Assembly: GCF_020745735.1 (NCBI RefSeq)
Contig: NC_083405.1
Span: 28,114,345 to 28,178,344, forward strand
Length of the DNA: 64,000 nt
DNA from: Hemiscyllium ocellatum
Lineage: Eukaryota
Reading direction: 5' to 3'
Below the pieces are notes generated by a model. It made no database searches and had not been told where the DNA came from. It was given only the letters and a program-made list of their open reading frames with translations. Below, one piece after another: positions 24,501 to 37,859 of the stretch. The position numbers were made by a program, and so were the translations under genes. Positions within the stretch are counted from its first letter, which is position 1, and every line of letters starts with the position of its first letter.

Positions 24501-27500
24501 TTCCACAAAGTCTTACACGGATTTACCATAGACACTTCCATTTTAACTGTTGACACTTTCACACATAGAAATACTAAGCTAAAGTGTTACTGTTAATTCA
24601 TTAAATATTTGAAATAGTCACATTGGCAACGAGAAAGCCACTCTGTGATACTGCATTCGCATCCAAACATACACGGACGAACTCGTATCCTAAACAAAAG
24701 TAGCAGTGCAAATCTTCGAAGTTGACATGAAATTTTTGGCCTGTGATATTTGGCCAACCAATAAACAACATCACTACCGGGAAACCTTAGCTAGCGCGAA
24801 AAATACAGATCCAAACGACTGAAAAATTCACAGTCGACCTCACAAATTACATGTACTAAATCCAAAAAAGTAACAAAGACTTTAAAAAAGTTTATTTTGC
24901 TTTTCTTGACATACAATCTCGTATCCGGAGATGCAAAAACACTAGAATTAGAAGTGATAATTTAATGTGTACTCAATTTAAAATAGCCCTAAGTGGAACA
25001 GTTGGACTTGTGATTTTAAGGAACTACTGAGTTGTATATCACACAAAATGTATCACATCAACTTCAAAGATATTTTGACGTGTGATATTAGAGTGTTAAA
25101 TGGAATTGTGCTCACATAATCATACATGCGTACATTCACCAAAGATATATTTAACTTTTGTAAATACTGAAGTTCTATATTATTTATCAATGGCAACGTG
25201 TTATTTAAAAATTTCGGACAGATGAAATATATTCCACCGCTAAATATAGTCAAATCTATTAGGTGATAGGTTAATTATGCCTAGTGTCAGTTTGAAAATT
25301 CAACACTTGTTACTCAGATAGAAATGAAAGATGACGTACTCAGAATAGTTTGCAGTATTATCTGCCCCAAGCATTATCACAACTATTATAAGCTTAATGT
25401 CGTATGCGTGTTTGAATGCACACACATATAAATATGGGTAGAAATATGTATAGGTAGGGATATTAAATAAATTCGTTTCGTATGTGAAATCTACATATAT
25501 GGATTTCCCCAGTTCATGATACGCTTCATTTGTACACTTCTATTAATGTGTGCGCACATAAATAATATTTGTGTCTACATTTTAGCAGGTCATCTGTAAA
25601 TGTTACGTTTGAAGGTGCACAATGACCTCGCCTCTATACCATTTCTTTTTTAAAGTGTGACTTCACTTCTAAAAATGCAGGTCCGTTTTTGTTTTTTACA
25701 TAACAACTGAAGTTGCTCACTGATGTTAAACGTGTTCCTTTCTAACGAATTCACTTTTTCCGTTCCCTGTTGTCACCAAAGTCTTAAGCGAATACATTAA
25801 TATTGTAGTGTAGTTGCATTCTATGCTGAATGAGAGGAAAGCAACGAATCAATTACTACTGCCCTTCACAAGTGTATCTGATTTAACTGGAAGCAGATAT
25901 AATACAAAAATAACAAATAATATCGGCTTTTTTTTTGCACCGTGGTCCTAGAGTCTTTTGTTTCAAGTATTAAACTAAATTGAACAATTGTGTAGTCAGT
26001 CCGGCAAGACTTTGCTGAAAAAATATAGATAGCATTTTAAAAAAACGGATTTTTGTTGTTCCTTCAGAATTGGGGCTTTGGCGACGATTAAGCATTCACT
26101 TTAAGCAACCGTTGGTACATTATTGGGCCCAGATTTTAGACTAAAGATTATTTTGTAATGATCCACATTATCATGAAATGGGCATTTTCTCTAAGTTCGA
26201 TTATCAAATTTTAAGTTTTAAATACATTTATTGTACGATACCAAGTTAGCAAGAGAGATAAAAGCATAAAAGGTGGTTTGTAGTGTATTCTGCAATCAAT
26301 GATGTCTGACCTTAAAATTAACAGTAAGGCTGCAGTCGCGTGAAAAAAATGCTAACTAAATCCAATGAACCGTTTTTAATCCATAAAAATACATATAATG
26401 AAGGCAAAAAGAACAATTATTCCTGCGTAATTTAATGTGGGCAAAGACACAGTGATGCGATTATTTGGATTGTTTTAAAAATGAAGACTGGCGCGTTGAA
26501 ATTCAAAACTATACTGTTGTAGCTTAACGCGCCCAGGATTCTTGACAACGACTTCGTCCCTTCAAATTCTCTAATACATAATAAAATGATAAATGATGAT
26601 GTAATTATGTATGATTCAATGTAGAAAGTTCTTCAAATTCGAATGACCACTCTTTTGTAAATTTCTATAGAAATGTTAAATCCCTTATGGTATTCTAAAG
26701 TGACATATGCGTGCCTCTCCGACAACACGACATAGGAGGCCATTACTGATGCTATTTCACAGTCCAGATTCAATGATGCAAATGCATTATTGTTTTTACA
26801 GTAAACTAGTTTAATCGCTCGTGATCGCCATTGTACGCATAAAAGGCTCTTTTATTTACTGTAAATAGAGATTCACATTTCAGGATGAATCACTGACACA
26901 GAAGAATTTGAAGAATCGAAAGAAGAATGATTATGCTTTAGAATGTCATTTTGAATTGATTGCACCTCCTGCTTTGCTATGTTTATATCAGAAGGGTAAC
27001 ACTGACAATATCAGTAATTTTAGTTCAACCTCTATCCTGCAATAAACTAATATCAAGCAATGACTCGGGTAATCAGAAATTTGCCATTGACCTCTCACTG
27101 CTTATGCACAATCTTTTACCTTAAGTTTAGTTTACTTAAATCCCAAGAACGACCAAAAATAAAGCAACACGCTGAAGGTAGGTGTTTGCACATAATTAGT
27201 TTCTTTGGAAGGCTCAAATTCCAACAATGAAATGAGCTGATTTAGCCACACCAATTACAAGTGGTTACTCTTAACTAATAAAACACTGATCAATTATTGC
27301 TTCATCTTCCAAGTAAATAGAAATCGTATGATATACTTCAAATCTATGCATCCAGAAAACAATGATCTCGGATCATTAGCCCTGCCTTGATCAGGAAGAA
27401 TGTGGGTGGTTCTCTTCAAGCAGTTTCCAACAAATATTTCACGGGATTTTACAAGCGGGTGGTGTGATTGGTTTGAATACGTCATGTGATGAATGTACAA

Positions 27501-28567
27501 GTTTTTAATCCCACAACATTTTGACAAACCAGGATTCATTGCTGCAATAGGCAATTCCAGGATTGTGGCTTGGACCGTATGAAGACAGGACGCAAACGAA
27601 AATTAAATGAGTTGTTTTGACTGGTCATTGCACATTTCAACTTCAACGTAACAAATTCTCTTGCTTACATAAGCGAACCTGGTTAGCGTGGCCACTACTA
27701 ATAAGAGCACATTTCTATATTTTACACGCATGTGCAATTTATCTGAATTTTCCCAAAATATATCGCTACAATGTTTGGTTGCTGCAAAGGCAGATAAAAT
27801 GCTCTACTTTATACAAATATATCAGCTATCATTATCCACATGGTATACTTGTATTGAACGCGGTCTGTACACTTTTAAATAAATACAATTCTTAAAATCT
27901 CGGATTAATTGCTGCCATATTCCACAATACCACTACGCAAAAAGGTTTAGCTTTCATGAAATTGTTTCTTTTTAAATGAAACATTTGATCAGTCATGGAG
28001 TATATAAGAATGAAAGTGAATTGACAAACCTACCAGATTAGCAGATGCAAACAAACAGGACACGAAGGCAGAGATAGCGTAAGTAATGCAAGCGTGAAAG
28101 TGAACAGACAATTTATAGGCAAATCAACTATCCCTTCTAACTATGACTTCTTCAAACGTGATCATTATCAGCTTTACCTGATTAGTAGGTTACTCTTTCT
28201 TCAGTCATTTTATTGAGGCTAAAATTAAAACCATCCGCAAAACTCAATTTGCAAAACATAGTTCCATAGTCCTTTCTTTCTGTTGATTTGACACCTTCCA
28301 CTTGCAAATCAAATAGAACGTGTAAAGTTGTTGATTGGTTTTGAAGGTTATATTGTTAGCAATAGTAAATAACGCCCTATTAGTCCTTGCAACTCGAGCA
28401 TTTCAAGTAATTTCTCTGATCATTTCCACAAGTTAGATTGATTTTTAAGAGTTACAGACCGACATCTGACGGCTCCATTTCGCTCTTTGCTCTTTGAGTG
28501 TTGAAATAGTTATGTTTGCTGGCTCTCTCTCGTTCAAGGCCCGTGTAAATGAATATCCACAGATTTA

Positions 28568-28581
28568 GCAGTAGATGGCGC
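28568..28581 (+). promoter_or_regulatory. Candidate CTCF site (A11|A13 boundary)
   Basis: GCAGTAGATGGCGC, 13/14 match to CCASYAGRKGGCRS; lies between HoxA11 and HoxA13, where CTCF boundary sites are known in mammals. Confidence 0.6.
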
Positions 28582-28628
28582 ACTTGTTCTACCAATGCAT
28601 TTCATGACTATTCATGAGTGGTTAATAG

Positions 28629-28663
28629 TCAAGGTCAAAGACTATCTGTTTTCGTCAAGGTCA
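28629..28663 (+). promoter_or_regulatory. Paired NR5A/ERR-type extended half sites
   Basis: TCAAGGTCA at 28629-28637 and again at 28655-28663. Confidence 0.45.
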
Positions 28664-30202
28664 AGGTTTAAGCCCCCCTCCTAACGCCCTCCCTCCATAT
28701 TAAAACCGAGGGGAGAGCTTATATTTTCAATCAGAATATGGACATCAATTTATTGTCTTTAAACTTTCAGGATTTGCTAATACAAACTTAAGAACCTATT
28801 CCGAAAAGCGTTTTTACTATAATAATCGTGACACATTTGCTGGCAGTAATGTTTTTCATTAAAAACAACAGGGAATATTCTCAGATACCTTTTGTTCTCA
28901 GCAAATGCCTTGATTAATTCCACGTACGAAAGCATGGTTCCGAGGTATTTTAGACCTTTAAAGAAATGACAAAGTTGACATCAAGAATAAATCTGGGCTG
29001 GCCCATTTTTCTTTACATTTTAGTTTAAAGGCTGTTAATTGGAATCATGTTTCTCAACAACAACAACAAAAACGATCGACGCTGGGGTTTATGAAGATAT
29101 TTTATTCGTGAAATAATTTCTTGTAATGCAAGTAATTTACTAGATGAAAAAGACAACAGGGTATACAAATTAAACAGCTGCAGAATAATGCGAGACATCT
29201 TAATTTTGTGATTATCATTCGTAATTATTTTTACTATTATTGGTATATATTAACTAAGCAGGAGGGTGCATGCAGATATAACATTGCAGTATTTAAAAAA
29301 AAATACAGTTGCACGCAGATGTCATCATTTTTAAGGAGGAAGCTGTGCGCCTTAGGTCTGCGTGAAGCCTAATGCTATGTGAAGTGGGTAACGTAACAAG
29401 CAGGCAGAAAAGACTTAATATTTAGTTAATTTACACGGGAGGGGGTGGTTCCATGTTTGCAAACAGATCTTTCTTCTGCTTTGTAGAAAATGGCAATCTG
29501 GTCTGCTATTTAATTCCCGAAAGCGTGGATGCTCATAATATATACATAGGTCGAAATGTAGAGTGCTTCAATAGTACGTATTTTCTTTCCCATATACATT
29601 GCTATTTAGAATATATTCTTCCTTCTACCTGTACATTAAAACTTTAAAGACAGCGCAACCCATCCAAAGAAAATGTAGTGTGTAAACATACATTTTATTT
29701 CATATTTCGCGATATATCCCATAGGTTACCTGAGGAAAAACTCTCATGCACTCTAGCATTTTGTTGACCAGAACCTTTTCCAGCAAAACACATTTTCTTT
29801 AGGTGCTTTGGTGAGGTTTGTGTGGAGGTACTATCTCAGTCCAATTGGTACAATTATTGGTTTGAAATGGTCGGGTTTCTATGCAGTAAGTAACTAAGCC
29901 AGCAGGTTTGCTACATTTCAAAACAGTAACCCTTTTTAGATTCTTATTAAGATGGGCATGATTCCCTTATGGCGAACATCAGCTTGCTTTCACAACATCA
30001 TTATACAATGTCTCTCCGAGATATTTGCTTGTGTGTTTTTGCTTTTTTTTTGTCAAGAAAAAGCAACGAGCAGGCAGAAAGAAAAAAAATTTAGCATCAA
30101 GAAAATGAGCCGTGTTGGGTTTTGTTTTTTTTTCTCTTCAGGCTGAGATCAGTAATTTGTAAAATGTTCAAATGAAGTCCGATTGGCTCTGGAATTGTCA
30201 CA

Positions 30203-30447
30203 CTAGCTGTTACTTTTCAGTTTAGTGAGAACTTTCTTTTCTTTGACTCGTCTGTTTTGAAACCAAATAGTGACTTGTCTCTCAGAGAGGTTTGTAGATG
30301 CAGATATCCTCCTTCGTTTGTCCTTGGTGATGAATTTATTGGTGGCATATTCCCGCTCAAGTTCTTTCAACTGCACTTTGGTGTAAGGCACTCTTTTCTT
30401 CCTCCCACGCCGAAAAGAGCTCGCATCCGAGGGATGCGAAACGACGT
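30203..30447 (-). CDS. HOXA13: HoxA13 exon 2 (homeodomain)
   Basis: [73 protein letters not shown]...*; acceptor TTCACAG|AC at 30448/30447. Joined CDS is 891 nt = 296 aa. Confidence 0.97.
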
Positions 30448-30862
30448 CTGTGAAGAGGAAAGCACACCTTACCATCCATTGCATTTAGCAGTCGTCAAAA
30501 AAAACCCCACAAAAACTGTAACTGACACCGGAGTCAAGTTCAAGAGTGTGCCGTGGGGGATATTATCTCGACTCTACCTGGTGCAATAAATTATATGGCA
30601 AAAAAAACGTAATTTTGAAAATGTATGAGGATTAAGACGTGATAATGGAAAATCATGCATAATGATATCAAGGCAATAAACATTAACTGCATGCTACTAT
30701 AGCGGTGCTGGTACTGGGGCATCACCCATATACTTTCTTAATTATAATCCTTTGAAGACTTAATACCAATTAGTCGTGTGTATTTACATCTCGCAATGCT
30801 TTGTTCCCTTCAATTTACCGGTTTGGCACGGCATTGAAAGACTCGTGTTTATCTATACTTAC

Positions 30863-31508
30863 CTGGCAAGCTTGATTTCCAGAGGTGGGTAGCTTGAGGT
30901 TGCTCTTTCGAGCAGCAGACTTGCCCGTTCCACCCATTGGTAATTGCCCAGGGCTGGTAGCTCTCCATGGATAATAATGTTTCGTGTCTCGGTTCCCCGG
31001 CAGTGCTGATGGTAGGAACCACAGGTACGTCCAAATAACTGGGCATCGGTTGGTATGGCCCCGCGTAACCTTGATAGAAAGCGAACTCCTTAGCTCTGGA
31101 GGTGAATTCCTCGCCGGCAGACGTGTCCATGTACTTGTCGGCAGGATAGCCAGACAAGGTAGAGGGCTGAGCACAGGACTTGATACTGCTATGGTGGCTC
31201 ATGCGGCAGGGATAGTAACTGCTCCCAAAGTATCCATAAGGAAGGGCGGCACTGGACGAAGTTTGAGCAGGACAAGGACTGCACTGTTTGACAGGTTCAG
31301 CGATGCCAGTGGCTGGCACTTCACTCGACGGGTAAGCAGAGCTGGGAGCTAGGGATGCTGGATGGGTCATCAAATTCCTGCATTGATTTGCTGTGAAGTT
31401 CCCTCCCGAAAATCCATCCATGTTTTTATTAATTTCATCCAAACTGTTGTCGTAGACGAACATTACCGTGTCGATCCAGCGGGGATGAAGTATCACGGAC
31501 GCTGTCAT
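30863..31508 (-). CDS. HOXA13: HoxA13 exon 1
   Basis: [21 protein letters not shown]..., [36 protein letters not shown] and [13 protein letters not shown] Hox13 motifs; donor CCAG|GTAAGT at 30863/30862. Confidence 0.97.
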
Positions 31509-31522
31509 ATCACGTCCAACAT
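31505..31522 (-). promoter_or_regulatory. uORF MLDVI* whose stop overlaps the HoxA13 start (ATGA)
   Basis: ATG TTG GAC GTG ATA TGA; the TGA shares bases with the main ATG (31508-31506). Confidence 0.55.
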
Positions 31523-31534
31523 TGAGACTAGTGG

Positions 31535-31660
31535 CCGTTTTAAAAGCCCCTAAGACTGAAAAGAGATACTGAATCTCTGAGACTTAGCAGCATTGACGCG
31601 CCAGTGTCGCTGAAGGCTGCTTCCTCATTGGCTGCGAGTCGACCACGTGATATGCAAAGT
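31535..31660 (-). promoter_or_regulatory. HoxA13 proximal promoter
   Basis: TATA-like GCTTTTAAAA (~31538-31547), CCAAT box (ATTGG ~31627-31631), E-box CACGTG (~31644-31649), octamer-like ATGCAAAG. Confidence 0.5.
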
Positions 31661-34600
31661 AGATGGTAAATATATGAAGAGTTAAAAAGGTAGATTCTGC
31701 ATTAGTTCAATGAAGGAACATTGGGCAATTGGGATAAATCACGTTTACTAAAATACCTGACGACTAACGGCCGCCAAAATAAGCCAGTGATGTATGAACA
31801 TCAGATAAGTGCATAGACAGAAAATAAGGCAGTATTTTGCATGTACAAAAAAAAGCAAACCAAAATTGCGAGCATTTTTATTTACATGTAACAGGATGAA
31901 TAATGTACATAATTAAAGGCTAGATCACATTAAACAATTTGCAGTTCAGTGAGGGTTTTTTTTTGTGTAGTTGATTATTGTACCTGTAGCTGAGGTAGCT
32001 TTGACATAGATGTTTATACAATCCACCCTTTTGCAATCTAACTTTCTCACCGACGCAAAGCGCTTTCTTCTAAAATAATTTGCCGCTGAACCAAAACCTG
32101 ACATTAGGATGGCCTTAAGCCACACTTTCCCAGCTTTTTAAAAAATATTTCACTTCATAAATAATATCTTCAGGTACTTGAAACCAATAAGAAATTAACA
32201 TTTTAAAGAACTGGGTAGCAGCAGAATTTTATAGTGTAAAAGAAACATCTGTATGACCTTTGTATTGCTTCATGACATAACTCGTTAAACCAAATGGTAA
32301 TAATGCCATAGAACAGCCCGAAATTATTCCAGAGGCCACATTTCTTAAGCCGTGATAATTATTTGAGGGAATATATCTCTTCGTTCTGGATATAATGTGT
32401 GCCATTAAACTAAGCACCAGAGCAAAGTTTATTAAAATGAATCACTATGCAGATTGGAACTCATTTTCTGGAACAATCAGTAAGTTTGAATTCTTATTCA
32501 TGCGGACTAAATAATGTGTTTACTTGCTATATTGACAGCAACATTTCTAGCCAGTCACAAATATGGATACATTTGGATCAAAAGACATTTATAAGATGGA
32601 TAAGGATATCCACTAATTCCTTGTTTGCCGTTTGCCAGCCCTGATTCAAAAAGTATTTAAATAAATGTCAGCGTTCTTACTTCCCCCGCTCAGGCAGCCG
32701 ATTCGTGTCGACTTACTTGCTGTAAAATATGCATAAATTGAGCGGGAACATAACTCACACAACCGGGTTTCATATTGAAATATCAGTGCAAGGATTTTAT
32801 GAGTACCTGACTCAATTAAATACACGGAAAAGGGATAAACGGTGAATTATTTAACAATAGCGGGCACGTTGTTAAATGTGTTAAAATGCATAAATATGAT
32901 TTGTTTTATAATATGTAGCACATTATTAAAAACGCTATTGCATCGATAAAGATTAAGCTTGTTCTAAATGGACTTGAAATCAATTTGAAGTTATTCGGCG
33001 AAAAATATGGGGGTAAGCCTTCTTCCCACAGTCATATACTGCATGCTGAGGCACAGTAACTGCTGAAAATGCATGCAAAGTGCAAAGATATAGCCAGTAT
33101 TGTTCGGTTATTGTGGATAATAATTTTTAGGACAATTTCAGTCACTTACTTATATACCAGGTACTGTGATGTATACAATAATAACCAGCTCCTATCAAAC
33201 CAACTCTTCAAGCTTGTTTCATTCAACTGTTTCAGATTTTTCTTGTGTGTCACAAGGTTCCATGGCTGTGGTAATGCAGCTGTTTAGAACAATCATGTTA
33301 CAATTAAAATGCTCCTATTATGTTCTTCACAATTTCTCCCTCTCTCACTCTCACTACGTCTTTAATGGTCTCCTTCCTGTTTATCTCTCCCTTCCCTTCC
33401 GTGTACATTTTTGAAACGTCTTGCCCCTGTTTTAGTACAGGAATAATCCAATCGCTTGAGAAACAGCTGCACGCTGTTCCTCCAAACTTCTTTTGGAAAT
33501 TGGAAGTGATACGAACCTCGATGATTTAGGAGTCCTGATTCTGAGCTGCTACTGACCATCGTTATTGGAGCAGAGACGGTGAATTCCAACCATGTGGAAA
33601 GATAAACATTCTGCGTTGACTAACGCGCCATAGAATGGCGAGATTAAAGCGTCTCCCCAGCGAATCTGGAAATTTTTTTATAAATTATCCTCCATGTCGA
33701 AAAATCAACTGCAAATCTTAATCTTTTTCTGGATTGTTGTTGGGTAAACATACTGAGGTGATTTCACAACACCAATCCTCGAAGAGAAATTATGACAAGT
33801 CAAATCGGGAATTGTGTGTGTGTGTGTGTTTCTCTTTAATGTGTCTGAAATTGCGTGACCGACTTATTCAATGACTGTTCATACATTTTGCAGTTGAGTG
33901 ATGATTGTGTGATAACGTCACTGGTATTGGAGTAGAACTGTCACTGACTAACAATACGTAGCTTCCCCGTGATTATTAGTAGCTGGAACTCCTTAATGTG
34001 AATCTAATATAGCGGCTACTGTTTGATTTTCGCGGTATCGGCAATGTTAGTATGCACCGAACGTAAATCACATTCAAAAGTACATTTGCTTTTCCAGTGA
34101 CCAGATAAAGTACGCAAATATGAGCCCGGCTGCATCGTCCTGGATTACACTTTAAGTGGAAATGCATTGGAACATCAGATATGCATGGCGTCGCAATAAT
34201 CCTCCATTCTTGAATTAAAAGAACACTGCCCCTCCTTCCAAAAAGGACACGTTACATTGAAACAAGCATTCGATTGCATATCTAACTGATAAGTAAAACT
34301 TCCAATGCAACCTACTTTTAAAAAGAAAGTTTGTGCCATGGTCTGTGTGCTACAAGCATATTTATACGGCCGCATTGTGGATTATACTACAAAATGGCAG
34401 CAACCAAATGGGCAGCTCTTTTACATACGGGTTAGACACGGCTAAAGGCCAAGGTCAAGTTGAAAGTTGCAGTCTAGCCAATCTGAGTGCTGTCATTCAC
34501 GCGTTGACGACCCTGTCTGAATTCTTACAAAGGCAAGCCGTGAGAATTGACTTTTTCATTGCCGTTTTGTTTGTTTTCTTTTGTTTTTCACTCGCAGCTC

Positions 34601-37499
34601 TCCAAATGAAAAAAAAATTTCTACTGACCATACCGTCTTCATTTCCAGGCTGTTTCTGCTTGGCTGGCAAAAGGGTGTGAAATGGATGCAGTCGTTTTCA
34701 GATACATTGCAAATTATGTGGCATTGCATCCGGTTTAAATGTACTGTTTACAAAACCTCTTGTCTCGAGCTGCCAGGAAGGCCGTCAGTATTCCTGGAAA
34801 AGGTAGGGGTGTTCTGTAGAAGGTCATATCACGCCAAAGTACTGACGATGGTGCTAACGTGTAAACTGTTATCTCCAAGAATTGGTATCAAACTATCCAC
34901 AGATAAGGACATCATCAATAAGGAGTATCTGTCCAGAGAGGTATTGTACGCTGCTATTCTAGATATTGAAATGAACTGTAATGATTCCACTTTATAGCTG
35001 ATAATTCAAATATAGTTTTTGTAATGATTGACTACTTTTCGTTCAGTAAAATCAACCTATGTACTTTAATTGTATCACATAATCCCTGTGTTACATCTCT
35101 CGATGTATATCAGCTCTGTATTTTCAGTCCAGCCATGATTTGTTCTCTCTGCCTACAAATGTCGATAAATATCACAAAGGTGCGCTTTATAAGTGTGTGC
35201 AATCAAAACGGTCGCTGTAGTAAAACTGAGTGGGATACACGCACAGTTGTACAGATTATTTCGTAATTTGGTGTCATCTAAAATATGTTCAAGAATTATT
35301 CTTGAATAAAAGAGAGTTTGCGTATTAATCTTTTTATTGTATCAACATAGGGTTACTATCAACCAGTTTTTTATGATTACTGTTATCTTGATGTGTCATT
35401 TCCACCTAATGAATTAACATATTCAGGAAGCCTGTATATTCTAATCCCCTAAATTCTTCCGTATGAACAGGGAAGTTCGGGTTTGATGTAATGTCTGTGA
35501 ATATTTTATCAATGGTGGTTAATTTGAGAAATATTGACTTTAAAGAATTAGCGGTATAGGCTGTTGGAACTGGGACTTGTCGCGCGCTTACTCATTCCAA
35601 CAAGGTAAAAATTGAATTATAAGATGTTGAGTTTCCTTTTATGTGAAAACTATGCAATAAGTTTAGACTATTGTCCGGAAACGTTTATGATATCAAACAA
35701 CAAAATGTTAATTTCATTTATTATTCTTAGCTCAGAACATTTCTAGAACCCTTTGTGGTAATTTGTTTCTGCTTCTATATTGTACCTGTTCTCGAATTTG
35801 TTAATGTCGTTTTCCATTATTTCTAACCAAATATATTTGAAATTAAAATAACATGTATGGACTCTAAGCTATGCGGTTAATTAGACAACACAATCGTGCA
35901 GTTTATATTTTCGTAGTTTATTCCAATTATTTGTTAGCGATCATTTACCAATAATTTATAAAACTCAGTGGTGATTCCTGGTTTTCTACAATATGGGACA
36001 TATGATATGCCACATCACTTAGACACCATTATTACTTGACCTTCACCCACGTTGCAAACATCTCAAATTTTCGAATCTACGGATTAGTATTGTGAAACAA
36101 TATCATAGACAAAACCAGTAAAGAAGGTTTTATTTTTATTCTCGTGTGGTTCTATTACTTGTGTAAGAATGGTTTCTGGACTTTGGCTCAACTAATCGCC
36201 GTACGATATTACACTGTTACCTTGATTATTATCCCAAAACAATTAACTACACAGTATGTTCACCACATATCCTACCACTTTATTTGGAATATTTATATGA
36301 TCATTAGATTTATATCTGCAATTCTATTGGCCAACTTACCTTGCAAGCATCCACCGTACTTTTCTGAAATATTTTAAATTTCTATTCTGGAGTCCGAATG
36401 AAAGCTATCAAAATGCTTAATCAAAATCTAGCTGTCTATGCATGCAGTAGTATGACATGCATAAGAATAAATATATTTACATTATGGACTGGTTATTATT
36501 CTTTTCCTTTTATCCTCTAATTCTAGCACATCCCGAGTCTTCATTGTGAGTGCTGACTCCTGACTTGTTTCATGAACGAGCCACTTATGATAGACTTTGT
36601 AGATGTGTCATACATATTTGGAGAACAACTTGTTACTTACAATAACTGACTTTGGCATAACTGGTCATATCAAGATTCCATCGAGTTCGTATCATTTCAA
36701 TTATCGAGTCGTTTCGGAATGCAGCGTTTGTACAAATGTTTTGCATATGTATTTGTGCTCGCCTCGTTGGTGAATGGAACACATTCAGAAACAGTGTGTT
36801 AAAAGGCTCATAACTGTGTTGTTCACATTTACTGATGCCAGTCCACCATTCGAAATAAAATAATGTATTTTTTTGTCAACTATAATCGAGGAACAGAGTG
36901 CTGTTCTTCAGTTATTGATCTTGTCATATTTGACTTATTGGTACACATCTGCCTAGGTATTTCATACTGATGTCAGCGGCTAACGCTTTCGACTGTATCA
37001 CCTTCATTAAGCACAGTAGGTGTGCACATTTATTTCTTTGCAAAGTAAAATTGTACGAACATTTAAATAAGTCAGGTGCATTGAAACAACTGTTCATGAA
37101 ACTGCTACAACAGACATCATCAGCTTAAAATATAGCAGTGAGAACGCTTTTGTCAAACAATAGAAAACGCAACCATTTTAGCAGAACTATTCTAATATAT
37201 TCTAACAATGCTCAAGTAGAACTATTGTTCAAACTACACGAAATCTTGAAATAAGCAATGACGAATTTGGAGCATGGCGTATTAGCCGTTCCATTCAAAA
37301 TGTGCATCTCATTTAAAATGAATCAAACAAGGGTAATTTGCTTTAAACGAAGAGTTACCTCGTTTCTGCTTTAAATCTAAGTGCATTGTCACTTCCTCGT
37401 TTTGACCCAATTAACATTTATCAAAAAAAAATTCCCACAGCAAGATATTTTAATTGTAAGGGCCCAGTTTTAGTACTGCAGTCCACAACTAAATTATTT

Positions 37500-37859
37500 A
37501 TCCCAATTTGCTGGCGGCGACTGACCCTTATTGGTTCATGATGCTGGTCTCGAAGCCAGAATTTTACCAGAATTTTTACAGTCAAAAGAAAATGCTGCCA
37601 TTGTGAGCTCTCATTTGATTTTAAACTCGTCTGGAATAATTCCCATTATGAATCTCCTATACTTATCTGTTGTTCTGCTTCCTCCACTTCTCTTAAAGTA
37701 TTTTGTTTTGGTTGATGCTGTATTGCAACCGTTTGATAGCACATTTCCTGGAAAACACTGTGGAGTTATGCAGTCTGGACTTTGCGGTGATGGACTCTTT
37801 CCTTCTCCTGCATATACTGGGCTCGTGGGTGGGCAGACCGGGTGAATGATCACTCAGGA
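37500..37859 (-). pseudogene. HOXA14: HoxA14 pseudogene: degenerate split homeobox (exon 37859-37667, 99-bp intron, exon from 37567)
   Basis: Minus-strand frame reads MQEKERVHHRKVQTA*LHSVFQEMCYQTVAIQHQ...AEQQ | intron | VKFWLRDQHHE. It aligns with recalled Hox14 RQRKKRVPYSK.QI.ELE.AFEENRFLT.EIR...TERQ | VKIWFQNQRQK mostly through single-base changes. The intron lies between homeodomain positions 44 and 45 and diagnostic Q52 is retained. Lesions: TAA stop (37768-66), dead donor ATAAGT, dead acceptor CTG, 12-nt insertion. Position is 5' of HoxA13, same strand. Confidence 0.85.

Noticed and set aside
18100-30100. HoxA12 gene or remnant
   Set aside because: No homeobox-like translation found by eye on the minus strand; HoxA12 is absent from known gnathostome HoxA clusters.
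37611-37853. 80-aa minus-strand ORF (and the 104-aa plus-strand ORF 37531-37845) as a novel gene
   Set aside because: These are off-frame or antisense readings over the HoxA14 pseudo-exon; the homeodomain-like signal is in a different, stop-containing frame.
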